From an uncultured Actinomycetes bacterium (lineage in GTDB: Bacteria > Actinomycetota > UBA4738 > HRBIN12), in contig OY969934.1 of the NCBI GenBank assembly GCA_963704725.1, positions 3,008,001 to 3,072,000 of the forward strand: DNA of 64,000 bases, read 5' to 3'. Each line of letters opens with the position of its first letter. The first letter of the stretch is position 1. The translations under genes were made by a program, and so were the position numbers. The notes under the pieces were generated by a model, which was given only the letters and a program-made list of their open reading frames with translations, had not been told where the DNA came from and searched no databases. Of the stretch, positions 43,924 through 54,109 are shown in pieces.

Positions 43924-44595
43924 TCACCCCGTCGCCGAACGCCCCTTCCGCTTCACGTCGGCCAGGGCCACCTTGCGCTGCTCGTAGTAGGTCAGGATCT
44001 GGAGCTCCACCGCGAGGTCGACCTTGCGCACGGACACGCCGTCGGGGACCGCGAGGGCCACGGGGGCGAAGTTCAGGATCGAGCGGATCCCCGCTTCGAC
44101 CATCGCGTCCGCCACCTCTTGGGCCGCGGACGCCGGGGTCGAGATCACGCCGATCACCGCGTCGTGCTCGCGCGCGATGGCTCTGAGATCCTCGATGGGG
44201 CGGATCCGGAGCTCGCCCACGGTCTCACCGATCTTGGCCGGGTCGTTGTCGACGAGGGCCGCCGCGCGGAAGCCCCGCTCCGCGAACCCCCGGTAGTTGG
44301 CGAGGGCGTGCCCGAGGTTGCCGATCCCGGCGATCACGATCGGCCAGTGCTGTGTCAGCCCGAGCTCGCGCCGGATCTGGTGGATCAGATACGCGACGTC
44401 GTATCCCACGCCGCGGGTCCCGTAGGAGCCGAGGTGCGACAGGTCCTTGCGTACCTTGGCGGAGTTGACCCCCGTGGCCTCGGCCAGCGCCTCGGAGGAG
44501 AGCGTGGGGACCCCGCCCTCGGCGATCTCGACGAGGGCCCGCAGGTACAGCGGGAGGCGGCTCACCGTCGCCTCGGGGATCGGCCGGTCGGTCAC
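43924..44595 (-). CDS. rex: Redox-sensing transcriptional repressor Rex
   Basis: IPEATVSRLPLY, VRKDLSHLGSYGTRGVGY, GIGNLG, ILNFAP. Confidence 0.97.
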   Translation of the reverse strand: MTDRPIPEATVSRLPLYLRALVEIAEGGVPTLSSEALAEATGVNSAKVRKDLSHLGSYGTRGVGYDVAYLIHQIRRELGLTQHWPIVIAGIGNLGHALANYRGFAERGFRAAALVDNDPAKIGETVGELRIRPIEDLRAIAREHDAVIGVISTPASAAQEVADAMVEAGIRSILNFAPVALAVPDGVSVRKVDLAVELQILTYYEQRKVALADVKRKGRSATG

Positions 44596-44603
44596 GCCGC
44601 GGG

Positions 44604-44640
44604 ATGATAGTGCATTCGTGAACGCGGTTCACGAATGCAC
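44604..44640. promoter_or_regulatory. rex promoter with 14-bp perfect inverted repeat (Rex-box-like)
   Basis: GTGCATTCGTGAAC-gcg-GTTCACGAATGCAC (44610-44640) abutting minus-strand TATCAT (44604-44609). Confidence 0.6.
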
Positions 44641-44647
44641 GAGCGTC

Positions 44648-44884
44648 TCACCCCCGGAGGGCCCGGGCGAGCGCGCGTGGGTCCACTCGGATCTCGAACG
44701 CCTCGTCCCCGTCGACGAGCACGACCGGGATGCGGATGCCGTACTCGAGCTCGAGCGCGTCGTCGCCGGTGATGTCGACCTCCCGGTACTCGAAGCCGGT
44801 CCGCTCGCGCTCGGCCAGGATCACCTCGCGAGCCTCGTCGCACAGGCCGCAGCCCGGCCGCGAGTACATCAGGACCCGGTGCAC
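44648..44884 (-). CDS. Glutaredoxin-like protein (DUF836 type)
   Basis: YSRPGCGLCD, IPVVLVDG; directly upstream of rex. Confidence 0.88.
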   Translation of the reverse strand: MHRVLMYSRPGCGLCDEAREVILAERERTGFEYREVDITGDDALELEYGIRIPVVLVDGDEAFEIRVDPRALARALRG

Positions 44885-44947
44885 GAACGCGGATGCTACC
44901 GGCCGGCTCACGGGGAACGCACAGGTGCCTGTGATAGGAAACGCGGC

Positions 44948-45520
44948 ATGAGGGAGGAGGACGTCCAGGACCTCGAGCTTCACCGGCTCCTGTCCGCGCG
45001 CGACCGGGCGGCGTTCGACGAGCTGTACCGGCGGTACGGGGCCGCAGCTCACGGCCTGGCGCTCCGTGTCACGGCCCAGGAGGCGCTGGCCCAGGAGGTG
45101 GTGCAGGACGCCTTCCTTGCGCTGTGGCGGGCGCCCGAGGCCTTCGACCCGGCCCGGGGTGCCTTCCGTTCGTTCTTCCTCTCGCTGGTCCACCACCGGG
45201 CGGTCGACGTGGTCCGGCGCGAGGAGCGCCTGCGGAACCGGGCCGAGCGGGCCTCGAACCTCGAGCCGGTTCGTGGCGAAGATGTTGCGGACGAGGTCGT
45301 CGAGGGCGCCTACCTGAACGTCCGGAGCAAGCAGGTTCGGGAGGCGCTCACGACGCTGCCTCCGGAGCAGCGACAGGTGGTCGAGCTGGCATACTTCGGC
45401 GGCTACACCCAGGCCCGGATCGCGGAGTCCCTCGGGATCCCGATCGGCACCGTGAAGACCCGGACCCTCGCGGCGATGCGCAAGCTGCGGCGGGCCCTCA
45501 TCGAGGAGGACGGGGCGTAG
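44948..45520 (+). CDS. ECF RNA polymerase sigma factor, SigK-like
   Basis: AQEVVQDAFLALW, FDPARG, LAYFGGYTQ, GTVKTR. Confidence 0.9.
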   Translation: MREEDVQDLELHRLLSARDRAAFDELYRRYGAAAHGLALRVTAQEALAQEVVQDAFLALWRAPEAFDPARGAFRSFFLSLVHHRAVDVVRREERLRNRAERASNLEPVRGEDVADEVVEGAYLNVRSKQVREALTTLPPEQRQVVELAYFGGYTQARIAESLGIPIGTVKTRTLAAMRKLRRALIEEDGA

Positions 45521-46254
45521 TGCAGGACCACGAGCGGATCGAGGAGCTCCTCGCCGGATACGCGCTGCTCGCGCTGTCCGGACAGGACGCCGAGGAGGCC
45601 GACCGGCTCCTCACCGATCACGTTCCGGGATGCCCCGCCTGCCGGCAGACCCTGTCCGACTTCCGCATCCTCTCGGGGGACCTGGCGCTCGCCGCCGACC
45701 CCGTCCCGCCGCCGGATCTCACGCTTGCGCGGATCCACCGGGCCATCGACGAGGTCCCCCTCACCGGCCGTCCGGCCCGGCGCGGCTCGTTCCTCGCGCT
45801 CGCGGCCGGGGTGGTGGCCCTCGTCGCCATGGGCGGTCTGTCGTTCGTCATGGCCGGCCGGGCGAGCAACGCCCAGGACAGCACGGCCACGGCGCTCGAG
45901 GCGCTCGTCGCGCTGCAGTCGCCCGGCTCCGCCTCCGCGCAACTGGAGCCGAAGGGCGGCACGCCGTCGTCCTCGGGATTCCTCGAGATCTCACGGCCCG
46001 ATGCCGGGGTGAGCTACCTCGTCGCCTGGGAGTGCCCCGACCCGGATCCCAGCTACGAGTACGTGCTGTGGCTGGGCAAGGGCGGCGAGTTCACCCCGAT
46101 CGCGAGGTTCTCGCCGTCGGACGGGCGGGTCCTGCTCCGGCTCCCGGTCGACGTCACGGCCTTCGACGCGATCTGGATCACCGAGGAGGTCGCCGGGGTC
46201 ACGCCGGCCACCCCGAACACGTCGCGGCGATCCTGGAGCGGACTGCTCGGCTGA
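45520..46254 (+). CDS. Anti-sigma factor (ZAS HxxxCxxC, RskA-like)
   Basis: HVPGCPAC, single TM, C-terminal YVLW..ITEE; coupled to sigma stop. Confidence 0.85.
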   Translation: MQDHERIEELLAGYALLALSGQDAEEADRLLTDHVPGCPACRQTLSDFRILSGDLALAADPVPPPDLTLARIHRAIDEVPLTGRPARRGSFLALAAGVVALVAMGGLSFVMAGRASNAQDSTATALEALVALQSPGSASAQLEPKGGTPSSSGFLEISRPDAGVSYLVAWECPDPDPSYEYVLWLGKGGEFTPIARFSPSDGRVLLRLPVDVTAFDAIWITEEVAGVTPATPNTSRRSWSGLLG

Positions 46255-46269
46255 CGCCCGCCGGGCGCC

Positions 46270-47673
46270 TCAGAGCCGGGAGGCCCCGCTCACCGTCAGC
46301 ACGATGCCCACCACCGCGATGGCCGCGGCCGAGGCCACGGGCACCAGGCGGGCGAACCGTCCCGACATCCGCCGCTCGACGACATGGCGGGCCCGCAGGG
46401 CCAGGACGCCGACGCCCACGAGCGCCGCGGCCAGCCCGAGGCTGAACGCCCCGATCAGCGCCAAGCCGTAGGCGACCCGATGCAGCGCCACCGACGCGAG
46501 CAGCACGATGAGGGCGGTCGGCGACGGGAGGATCCCCCCGGCCACGGCCAGCGCCACGAGCCCCTTCCGCGAGAGCACGGGGGCCCCGAGCACCTCGTGC
46601 ACGTGTCCGTGCGGATGCTCGTGCGTCGCCGGACCGTGGACGTGCCCGGCGCCGTGATCGCCCCACGCGCCGAGCCGGGCCACGAGGAGCGTCACCCCCA
46701 GCCCCAGCGCGATCACGCCGGACGCGAGCCCGAGCCACGGGTAGACGCGCTCGGGGGCGAACACGCGGGTCGCCGACATCACCACGACCCCGAGCGCGAG
46801 CACCGATGCCGAGTGCATCACGGCGACGGCCCCACCCACGGCCACGGCCGTTCGCGCCCGGCCGCCGGCGCCGACCAGGTACGCCCCCATCAGGGTCTTG
46901 CCGTGGCCGGGTCCGAGAGCGTGGAGCGCGCCGAACCCGAACGCGAGGACGAGCGCGAACAGCATGACCGGGCCCGTCCGCTCGACGAGGTCGGCGAACG
47001 CACCGCCCGTCACCCCGGGCCGCTCCGAGCCACCGCCGCCGCCCTCCGCGGCAACCGCGGTGCTCGCGCCGGGGGCGAAGCGCAGGTGGGCCTCTCGCAC
47101 GTCGAGGGGGCTCGACAGCAGATCCGCGGGGTAGGAGCGGAGCCGGTCCGACGAGCTGACCGCGGGGACGCTCGAGCCGCGGACGGTCACGCCGTTCGTG
47201 CCGGTCGCGGTCACCTCGTGCCAGCCGATCCGATCCATGAAGTTCGCGTCGCGAAGGACGAGCGCCCCGGCATCCGGCGCCTCGCCGGAGAACGTCGCCT
47301 CCAGTCGCAGGATGTGGAGCCCGCCCTGCCCTGGAAGGAGTTCCACGTGGGCCGCGGTCCCGGCGAGCGCGACCGGCCGGCCGTCGATCGTGAGCATGAG
47401 GCCGGCAAGCAGCTCGGGAGCCCGGGCGGTCGCCCAGGCCGAGCCCTCGGCGTCCGAGACCGTGCCGTCGCCGTCGGCGTCGAGCTCCGGCATCGCCTGG
47501 ACGGTCGGGATCTCCGCCATGTCCAGCACGTACTCGACGCGGACGGCCCCCGGCGACAGCACCACCTCCGCGGACGTGTTCACCGTGAAATTCCCGAGGG
47601 GATGGGCCAGCGCGAGCGCCGGCACCAGCAGGACGGACCCCACGACGCCGAGGAGCAGCAGCGCCCGTCTCAT
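46270..47673 (-). CDS. Nickel/cobalt transporter (NicO/RcnA-like) with N-terminal extracytoplasmic domain
   Basis: Signal peptide then AHPLGNF; HALGPGHGK, His-rich loop, GGILPSP. Confidence 0.85.
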   Translation of the reverse strand: MRRALLLLGVVGSVLLVPALALAHPLGNFTVNTSAEVVLSPGAVRVEYVLDMAEIPTVQAMPELDADGDGTVSDAEGSAWATARAPELLAGLMLTIDGRPVALAGTAAHVELLPGQGGLHILRLEATFSGEAPDAGALVLRDANFMDRIGWHEVTATGTNGVTVRGSSVPAVSSSDRLRSYPADLLSSPLDVREAHLRFAPGASTAVAAEGGGGGSERPGVTGGAFADLVERTGPVMLFALVLAFGFGALHALGPGHGKTLMGAYLVGAGGRARTAVAVGGAVAVMHSASVLALGVVVMSATRVFAPERVYPWLGLASGVIALGLGVTLLVARLGAWGDHGAGHVHGPATHEHPHGHVHEVLGAPVLSRKGLVALAVAGGILPSPTALIVLLASVALHRVAYGLALIGAFSLGLAAALVGVGVLALRARHVVERRMSGRFARLVPVASAAAIAVVGIVLTVSGASRL

Positions 47674-49010
47674 CGTCCCGCCCCGAGCTCGGCGAGCGCG
47701 CGCTCGGCCTCCCGCGCGTGCAGGATCGAGAAGTGCGGGTTGGTCTCGAGCGCCTCCTGCAGCAGGCGCCGGGCGGCGCCGTCGCGACCGCGGGCGCGCT
47801 CGATCATCCCCGCATGGAACAGGAAGGTCGCGTTCCGGGTGCCGAGCCGCAGCGCCCGGTCGGCCATCCTCGCCGCGTCGTCGTACCGACCGCCGGTGTA
47901 CAGAGCCCACGCGTAGGCGTCGGCGACGTGGACGCTGTGGCGGCGGGCCCACTCGGCCTTCGCCGCGGCCAGCGCCGAGCGCGCGTCGCCGTGATCGGCG
48001 TCGAACAGCGCGATCTCGAGATCGACGTTGACGCCGCTCTCCTGCGCGATGGCGCGCGTCGCCTCGACCACCGCGTACTGCTGGCGCGCCAGGTCCTGCT
48101 GTCCCGTCGAGGCGTACAGATCTCCGAGCGCCGTGACGAACTCCACGGACGGGTAGACGGCCACGACGTCCGCGTAGCGGCGGATCGCCGGCTCGACGTC
48201 GCCGCGCGCCCACGCCACCTTGGCCAGACCCGCAGCGTTCGGCACGTACGAGGACGCCAGACCGAGCCCCCGCCGGTACCAGCCGGCCGCGGCCCGGACG
48301 TCCCCCCGGCCGAACTCGAGCTCCCCCAGCTGGTAGGCCGCCCACGCGGCGTCCGCGGGCGTGCCCGACGCGTCGAACGCCAATCGCATCGCGTCGATCG
48401 CCCCGGAGACGTCGCCGAGGAGCTCCCGCGCGTACGACGCCCTCGCGTACGAGGCGACGTCCGGGCGCGTGTCGACCATCGTCTGGAACGTGGTGAACGC
48501 CTCGTCGTACCGCCCGAGCTCCAGGAGCGCGTCGCCCTCGACGCCGTACACGTCGGCGTCGTAGGGATCGATGGCCTCGGCGGCGCGGCCGCGCTCGAGG
48601 GCCTGGGAGAAGTCGTGCCGGGCCAGGGCCAGCGCGCCGAGACCGAGCTCGGCGTCGGCGTTGCCGTCGGGGTGCAGCCGGAGCGAGCGCTCCAGCGCGC
48701 CCTGGGCCTTCGGGTACCAGGTGGGATCCGCCGTCACCCGCGCCTGCGTGACGTACGCGAGCCCCAGGGACGCGTAGCCTCGCCAGTCGTCGGGCACGAC
48801 CCGGAGCCGGTCCTGCAGGGCCTCGATCGAGGACCGCAGCGACCCGGTGGCGACCGCCGGCCGTAGGAGCGTCGAGCTCGACGCGCCGGACGCGAGCGCC
48901 CGGTCCCCGGGACCGCCGTCGGAGCCCCCGCCGAGGTTCAGCACCGCGGCGCCCGCCAGCAGGGCCATCGCGGCGACCCCGATCGTCGCCGCCTTCACGA
49001 CTGCCTTCAT
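47670..49010 (-). CDS. Exported tetratricopeptide repeat protein
   Basis: Signal-like N-terminus; repeated TPR helices (GDALLELGRYDEA, DAYAWALY, FHAGMI). Confidence 0.85.
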   Translation of the reverse strand: MKAVVKAATIGVAAMALLAGAAVLNLGGGSDGGPGDRALASGASSSTLLRPAVATGSLRSSIEALQDRLRVVPDDWRGYASLGLAYVTQARVTADPTWYPKAQGALERSLRLHPDGNADAELGLGALALARHDFSQALERGRAAEAIDPYDADVYGVEGDALLELGRYDEAFTTFQTMVDTRPDVASYARASYARELLGDVSGAIDAMRLAFDASGTPADAAWAAYQLGELEFGRGDVRAAAGWYRRGLGLASSYVPNAAGLAKVAWARGDVEPAIRRYADVVAVYPSVEFVTALGDLYASTGQQDLARQQYAVVEATRAIAQESGVNVDLEIALFDADHGDARSALAAAKAEWARRHSVHVADAYAWALYTGGRYDDAARMADRALRLGTRNATFLFHAGMIERARGRDGAARRLLQEALETNPHFSILHAREAERALAELGAGR

Positions 49011-49075
49011 GCCTCGCTCCTCCAGAGGTGGTGAGGAGGGGCCCGGCGGGCGCCGGACCCCTCCCCGTGCTGCCG

Positions 49076-50464
49076 TCAGTGCGGGTCGGCGTCCGAACCC
49101 GAGTGCGGGTACGCGACGTAGGGGAACGACGAGTTGAAGGGCACGTCGTTCGCGTCCACGCCGTCGCCGATCGTGTCGGCGATCGCCTGGTGCTCCGGCA
49201 GGAGCACGCCGAGCACGACGCGCAGCGAGTCGTCGATGATGTCGTCCGACAGGCGCCGGCCGTTCGGGAACCCGGCGAGATCGCCGCCGAGCACCCCGAG
49301 CGTCGAGCACGCCGTCGAGCAGGGGTCGATCGACATGTTGAGGCGGAGCATCTCGCTGGGCGTGCCGTTCTCGGGCTGGTTGAGCCCGGCCACGCCGGTC
49401 AGGAAGACGCTGATCAGGTCGGCCCGCTGGATGCCGTCCGTGTCCGGGTCCGAGTCCGGGATGTCGAGCCCGTACACCGCGTTCAGCAGGTGCGGCAGCT
49501 CTGGATCCTGGACCAGCGGGAGCGCCGCCGGGTCCTGCGTGGGCTTGGAGGAGTTGAAGTAGTCCTTCAGACCCACCGGGATGACGACCTCGTTCACGAG
49601 CGGCATGCCCAGACGCGAGACCTGGACGTACTTGCCTTGGCTGTTCGTCGATCCGTCGGGACGCTGGATCCGGACGCTCTTGCGAGAGGTGGTGCTCCAG
49701 ATCCCGATGATCGGGTTGGCGTCGGCGTCGCCCGCCATCGCGAGATCGTCCTTCGGCACCTGCAGGGCGATCGTCTGGACGTTGAACCCGGCGAGCGTGT
49801 CGTCCCCGACCTCGCTCAGGTTCGCTCCGTACAGGAGGTCGAACACCCGCAGGTCGAGGAAGAACGCGTCGTCGGACTGACCGGTCCAGGTACGGCCGGG
49901 GCCGAAGCTCTCGACCGCCGCGTCGAACAGGTTGGCGTTGTAGTTCGGCATCGAGGCCGCGCCCACGTTGTTCGGCGCGGAGACGGCGTTGTGAACGAGG
50001 ACCCGCCTGCGGCCCGTCGACTTGTCGATCAGGGTCAGGTCGTACGTCTGGTAGAAGTTCAGGTCCGCGTCGTTCAGCGACGTGACCGGCCCGGTGTTGT
50101 ACAGGAACGTGTTCGGGTTCCGCGTGTGGTTGGTGAAGACCCACTCGTACACCAAGTCGGGCTTCGCGTCGTGGTCGTTGTCGATGTTGACGTCGTACTT
50201 CGCGCCCTCGGCCCAGGAGTAGAAGTTCGGGCCGCCGGCCGGCTCCTCGAACGGGAGCCACGAGGCGATGATCGAGACGGTGTCCGGGCGGTCCTCGCTG
50301 ACGAACGCCCACACGTCGGTAGTGTCGATCTGCGGGTCCGCGGACACGAGCGGCGCCTCACGGTGGCTCGACGTCCTGCCCTCGATCGGCGCGAGGGCCA
50401 ACAGGCCGGCCGCCAGGGCGAGGCACGCCGCCGCCGCGAGGGCGCGCGTGCGCAGAGGCTTCAC
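49076..50464 (-). CDS. DUF4331 domain secreted protein
   Basis: SSHREAP, DDAFFLDL, QVSRLGMPLVNE, GFPNGRRL, FPY. Confidence 0.88.
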   Translation of the reverse strand: MKPLRTRALAAAACLALAAGLLALAPIEGRTSSHREAPLVSADPQIDTTDVWAFVSEDRPDTVSIIASWLPFEEPAGGPNFYSWAEGAKYDVNIDNDHDAKPDLVYEWVFTNHTRNPNTFLYNTGPVTSLNDADLNFYQTYDLTLIDKSTGRRRVLVHNAVSAPNNVGAASMPNYNANLFDAAVESFGPGRTWTGQSDDAFFLDLRVFDLLYGANLSEVGDDTLAGFNVQTIALQVPKDDLAMAGDADANPIIGIWSTTSRKSVRIQRPDGSTNSQGKYVQVSRLGMPLVNEVVIPVGLKDYFNSSKPTQDPAALPLVQDPELPHLLNAVYGLDIPDSDPDTDGIQRADLISVFLTGVAGLNQPENGTPSEMLRLNMSIDPCSTACSTLGVLGGDLAGFPNGRRLSDDIIDDSLRVVLGVLLPEHQAIADTIGDGVDANDVPFNSSFPYVAYPHSGSDADPH

Positions 50465-50580
50465 AAGCAACGGGATTCCTCCTTCGGAAGAGAGTGCGTC
50501 GACGACCTCCGCCCCGAGGACCGGCACTTCCGGCCCCCGCACCCCCACCTCCTTCGCTCCTCGGGCGCGGTCAGCGGTGC

Positions 50581-50606
50581 TTCGCGATGCGCCGCAGGTC
50601 GGATCA
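50581..50606 (-). promoter_or_regulatory. Candidate SigK-type ECF promoter for DUF4331 operon
   Basis: Minus strand TGATCC-N15-GCGAA, resembling the mycobacterial SigK consensus CCATCC-N15-CCGAA as recalled. Confidence 0.45.
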
Positions 50607-50639
50607 CCTTTCGGTGCAGGAGCGGCGGGAAGAGGCGGT

Positions 50640-51344
50640 TCAGGCCGAGACGTCGACCCGATCGGCCGGTCGCGGCGAGGACCGCGAGGCGCGCAGGAAC
50701 CCCCAGAACATGATCGAGATCCCGGCCAGGAGCGAGACGGAGAACGGGACGAGATGGCCGAGGGCGGCGAACGCGGACCCGAAGCCCGCGATCACGGTCG
50801 CTCCCAGCGCGATCACCAGGGTCCCCATGAACCGGTCGCGGAGCTCCGGCCGGCCGCGCATGCGCCACGCCGACCACAGCGCCCCGCCGACGAGGACGAG
50901 GTAGGCCGGGATCGAGACGAGCTGCGGGAGCCGGTGGGCCGCCGAGCCGTCGCCGAACACGTCCTTGCCGGAGGGGAGGTCGTGGGCCAACGCGGCCGCC
51001 GAGGGCGCCGCGGTCCGCACCACGGCGATCGTGTAGGCGGTGACGAACACGAGCAGGACGTACAGCGCCGAGCGGATCGCGCGGGGGCGAACCAGGAGGT
51101 CGAGCTCGCCTTGCGCCAGGAACGGCACGTTCAGCACCGCGCCGAGCGACCAGTAGGTCCGGAACTCACCGGAGGTCCAACCGCTCGCGGCGCCGAGCGC
51201 CACGCACAGCGACGCGACCGCGTACATCAGGAGCGCCACCGCCCAGAACGCCTGGTACGAGCGGCGGTGCCGGGCGAACTGCCGTCCCAGCAGGGTGGCG
51301 AACGCGATCGCGACGATCGCGGCGAGAGCGGGGAACACCCACAT
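50640..51344 (-). CDS. Hypothetical multi-TM membrane protein
   Basis: ~7 hydrophobic segments; TATGCT -10 at 51354-51359. Confidence 0.78.
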   Translation of the reverse strand: MWVFPALAAIVAIAFATLLGRQFARHRRSYQAFWAVALLMYAVASLCVALGAASGWTSGEFRTYWSLGAVLNVPFLAQGELDLLVRPRAIRSALYVLLVFVTAYTIAVVRTAAPSAAALAHDLPSGKDVFGDGSAAHRLPQLVSIPAYLVLVGGALWSAWRMRGRPELRDRFMGTLVIALGATVIAGFGSAFAALGHLVPFSVSLLAGISIMFWGFLRASRSSPRPADRVDVSA

Positions 51345-51436
51345 GCGCCGGGCAGCATACCCGTGGTCCCCGGCCGAGCCGCCCGATCGGATCGACCCTC
51401 GGCGGGAGCGGGGAACCGCGCTGTTAGCATCGCCGT

Positions 51437-52252
51437 GTGGTCCCCCCCGACCCACCGCCCGCCGGCCCGAGGATCGTCTGCTCCACGGTGAGCGTGTTCT
51501 CGCTGCCCCTGCACGCCGCCTTCCCGCTGCTGGCCGAGGCTGGGTTCAACCGCGTCGAGATCATGGTGACGAAGGACCCGGACACCCGGGACCCGCACCG
51601 GCTCCGGGAGCTCGTGGAGGACCACGGCGTGGCCATCGAGGCCATCCACGCCCCGTTCCTGCTGATGACCCGGAGCGTCTGGGGAACGGAGCCGGTGGGC
51701 AAGATCGACCGGGCCCTCGAGCTCGCCGAGGAGGTGGGCGCGTCGCTCGTGGTGGTCCACCCGCCCTACCGGTGGCAATCGAGGTACCGCGCCTGGTTGC
51801 GGGATCGCCTTCCCGAGCTCTCCGAACGGACCGACGTCGCGGTGGCCGTGGAGAACATGTTCCCCGTCCGCGTGCGGGGGCGGAAGGTCGGCGCCTTCCA
51901 CGCCGTCCGCACCCTCGAGGACCTCGAGGGGTTCGACCACGTGGTGTTGGACACGAGCCACGCGGCCGTGTCCGGGCTCGACCTTTTCGAGGCGCTGTCC
52001 AACCTGGGAAGCCGGCTCCGCCACGTGCACCTGTCCAACAACGCCGGCCGTGGATGGGACTCGCACCTGCCGCTCGAGGAGGGCGTGCTCCCGCTCGACC
52101 GGTTCCTCGACGCGCTGGCGGCCGAGGGGTTCGCCGGGTCGGTCTCGCTCGAGCTCGACCTCCGTCGCTACGCCGCCGATCCCGCCGCCCTGAAGGCGGC
52201 CCTGATCCGGAACCGGGAGTTCTGCGCCTCCCGGCTGCCCCTGCCGGCCTGA
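51437..52252 (+). CDS. Sugar phosphate isomerase/epimerase (AP endonuclease 2 TIM barrel)
   Basis: AIHAPF, VVVHPP, AVENM, LDTSH, HVHLS, DSHLP, SLE. Confidence 0.88.
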   Translation: MVPPDPPPAGPRIVCSTVSVFSLPLHAAFPLLAEAGFNRVEIMVTKDPDTRDPHRLRELVEDHGVAIEAIHAPFLLMTRSVWGTEPVGKIDRALELAEEVGASLVVVHPPYRWQSRYRAWLRDRLPELSERTDVAVAVENMFPVRVRGRKVGAFHAVRTLEDLEGFDHVVLDTSHAAVSGLDLFEALSNLGSRLRHVHLSNNAGRGWDSHLPLEEGVLPLDRFLDALAAEGFAGSVSLELDLRRYAADPAALKAALIRNREFCASRLPLPA

Positions 52253-52340
52253 TCGAGACCCGTCCGGGGCGGGTGGAACGGACCTCCTCGCAGTTGCGTC
52301 AGAGGGCTAGCATCCGGCTCAGCCGAGAGGGGAGAAGCTC

Positions 52341-54092
52341 ATGTCCGTTCGCGCCTTCCGTTCCACACGCGCGCAACGAAAGGTCGTCGCGGCGTCAGTG
52401 ATCGCCGTCGCACTCGCCGCCACGTTGCTCGCGGCTCCGGCACCCGCCGCGACGCCCTGCAGCGGCCCACCCGCGACCTTCCCCACCAGCCAGATGAGGG
52501 CCGGGATGGCCGGCGTCGGCTACACGGTGCTGCAGGGCACCACGATCGTCCCGTTCGACGTGGAGATCCTCGGCGTCCTGCCGAACGCCATCTACCTCGG
52601 CGTCGACGTGGTCGCCGCCCGGATCACCGGACCGGCGAGCTTCCTCACCACCACCGGAGGCGCCGTGGCCGGGATGTCGGGCTCGCCCGTGTACCTCGGA
52701 GGACGGCTGGCCGGAGCCGTGGCCTGGGCCATCGCCGAGGACCGGCAGATCTTCGGCCTGACGGCCGCGGAGGACATGGTCGGGATGTTCACCCTTCCCG
52801 GTGCGGCGCAGGACGGCTCGATGCCGGCCCGGCTCCCGCTCACGGCGAGCGTCCGCAGGGCCGCGACGGCCGCGGGCGCCCCGCTCGAGCCCGGCGCCAC
52901 GCTCGAGGCGCTCCCCGTGCCGCTCGGCGTCTCGGGGCTCTCCGGCATGCCGCTGACCCGCATCGAGCATCAGTTCGCCGACCACGGGATCGCCGTGCAG
53001 GCCTTCCGGGCCGGCTCGGTCGCCGCGCCCACCGCCGGCTCGATCGACCCGACCCGCTTCCAGCCCGGCGACGGCCTCGGCGTCGCGCTCACGTACGGCG
53101 ACGTCTCGTACTACGGCTTCGGCACCGCGACGGCCGTCTGCGGCGACGTCGTCATCGGGTTCGGACACCCGATGTTCTGGGGCCTCGGGCGCGTCTCGCT
53201 CGGGATGAACGAGGTCAACGTCATCGCCATCGACAACGGGACGTTCTTCGGGACCAAGATCGGGACGCTGGGGGCGGCGCACGGAGCCCTGACCCAGGAT
53301 CGGTTCTCGGGGGTGGCCGGCGTGTTCGGCGAGCTGCCGGCGATCGTCCCGGTCACGAGCGACTTCTCGAGCCCCGACACGGGCCTGTCGCGCGAGGGCG
53401 AGACCGATGTGGCCTGGGACCAGGACTACTTCGTGGCCGACGCGACGTACTCGCACGTGTGGTCGAACCTCACGTACGTCGAGCAGCAGGACGGGCCCGG
53501 GACGTTGGCGCTCGGGTGGACGATCTCCGGGACACGAGAGGACGGGACGCCGTTCACGATCTCGAACCGGCTGATGGGCTTCAACGAATCCACCGTGAGC
53601 TCTGAGGCGTACGCGCTCTCCAACGCGCTGTACACGCTGGCCTTCAACCGCTTCGAGGACATCTCGTTCACCGGCGTCGACGTGACCGGGACCGTCACGG
53701 AGGCGAACCTCACCGCGCCGATCGCGCGCGTCCGGGTCTCGAGCCCGCTCGACCCGTCGCTGCGGGAGCGCGGGGTCGTCCGGGCCGCGCCCGGCGACGT
53801 CGTGACGGTCGAGGTCACGCTGGCCCCGATCGACGGTCCTGCGGTCGTGAGCACCTTCAGCATCCGGGTGCCGCGGCACGCCCGAGGCCACGAGCAGGTC
53901 ACCCTCGCCGGGGGCCGTGGCCGTCTCAACCCGGGCCGCGACGTGAGCAGCCTCGACGAGTTGATCGCGATGCTGAACAGCGGCGACCACAAGAACGATC
54001 TGATCGTGAACGCGTTCGGGCGGGCCACGACGCACGTCCAGGACGTGATCGTCCGGGGACGGGGCGGCTTCTCGATCCAGGTGGTTCGCTGA
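52341..54092 (+). CDS. SpoIVB-like peptidase S55 domain secreted protein
   Basis: Signal peptide; AGMSGSPVY, LAGAV, GFGHPM, QDR. Confidence 0.85.
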   Translation: MSVRAFRSTRAQRKVVAASVIAVALAATLLAAPAPAATPCSGPPATFPTSQMRAGMAGVGYTVLQGTTIVPFDVEILGVLPNAIYLGVDVVAARITGPASFLTTTGGAVAGMSGSPVYLGGRLAGAVAWAIAEDRQIFGLTAAEDMVGMFTLPGAAQDGSMPARLPLTASVRRAATAAGAPLEPGATLEALPVPLGVSGLSGMPLTRIEHQFADHGIAVQAFRAGSVAAPTAGSIDPTRFQPGDGLGVALTYGDVSYYGFGTATAVCGDVVIGFGHPMFWGLGRVSLGMNEVNVIAIDNGTFFGTKIGTLGAAHGALTQDRFSGVAGVFGELPAIVPVTSDFSSPDTGLSREGETDVAWDQDYFVADATYSHVWSNLTYVEQQDGPGTLALGWTISGTREDGTPFTISNRLMGFNESTVSSEAYALSNALYTLAFNRFEDISFTGVDVTGTVTEANLTAPIARVRVSSPLDPSLRERGVVRAAPGDVVTVEVTLAPIDGPAVVSTFSIRVPRHARGHEQVTLAGGRGRLNPGRDVSSLDELIAMLNSGDHKNDLIVNAFGRATTHVQDVIVRGRGGFSIQVVR

Positions 54093-54109
54093 GGCCGCCG
54101 GCGACGGTC

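Noticed and set aside
50449-50466. TTCACAA half-site resembling a Rex box
   Set aside because: The other half does not match, and it coincides with the DUF4331 start codon
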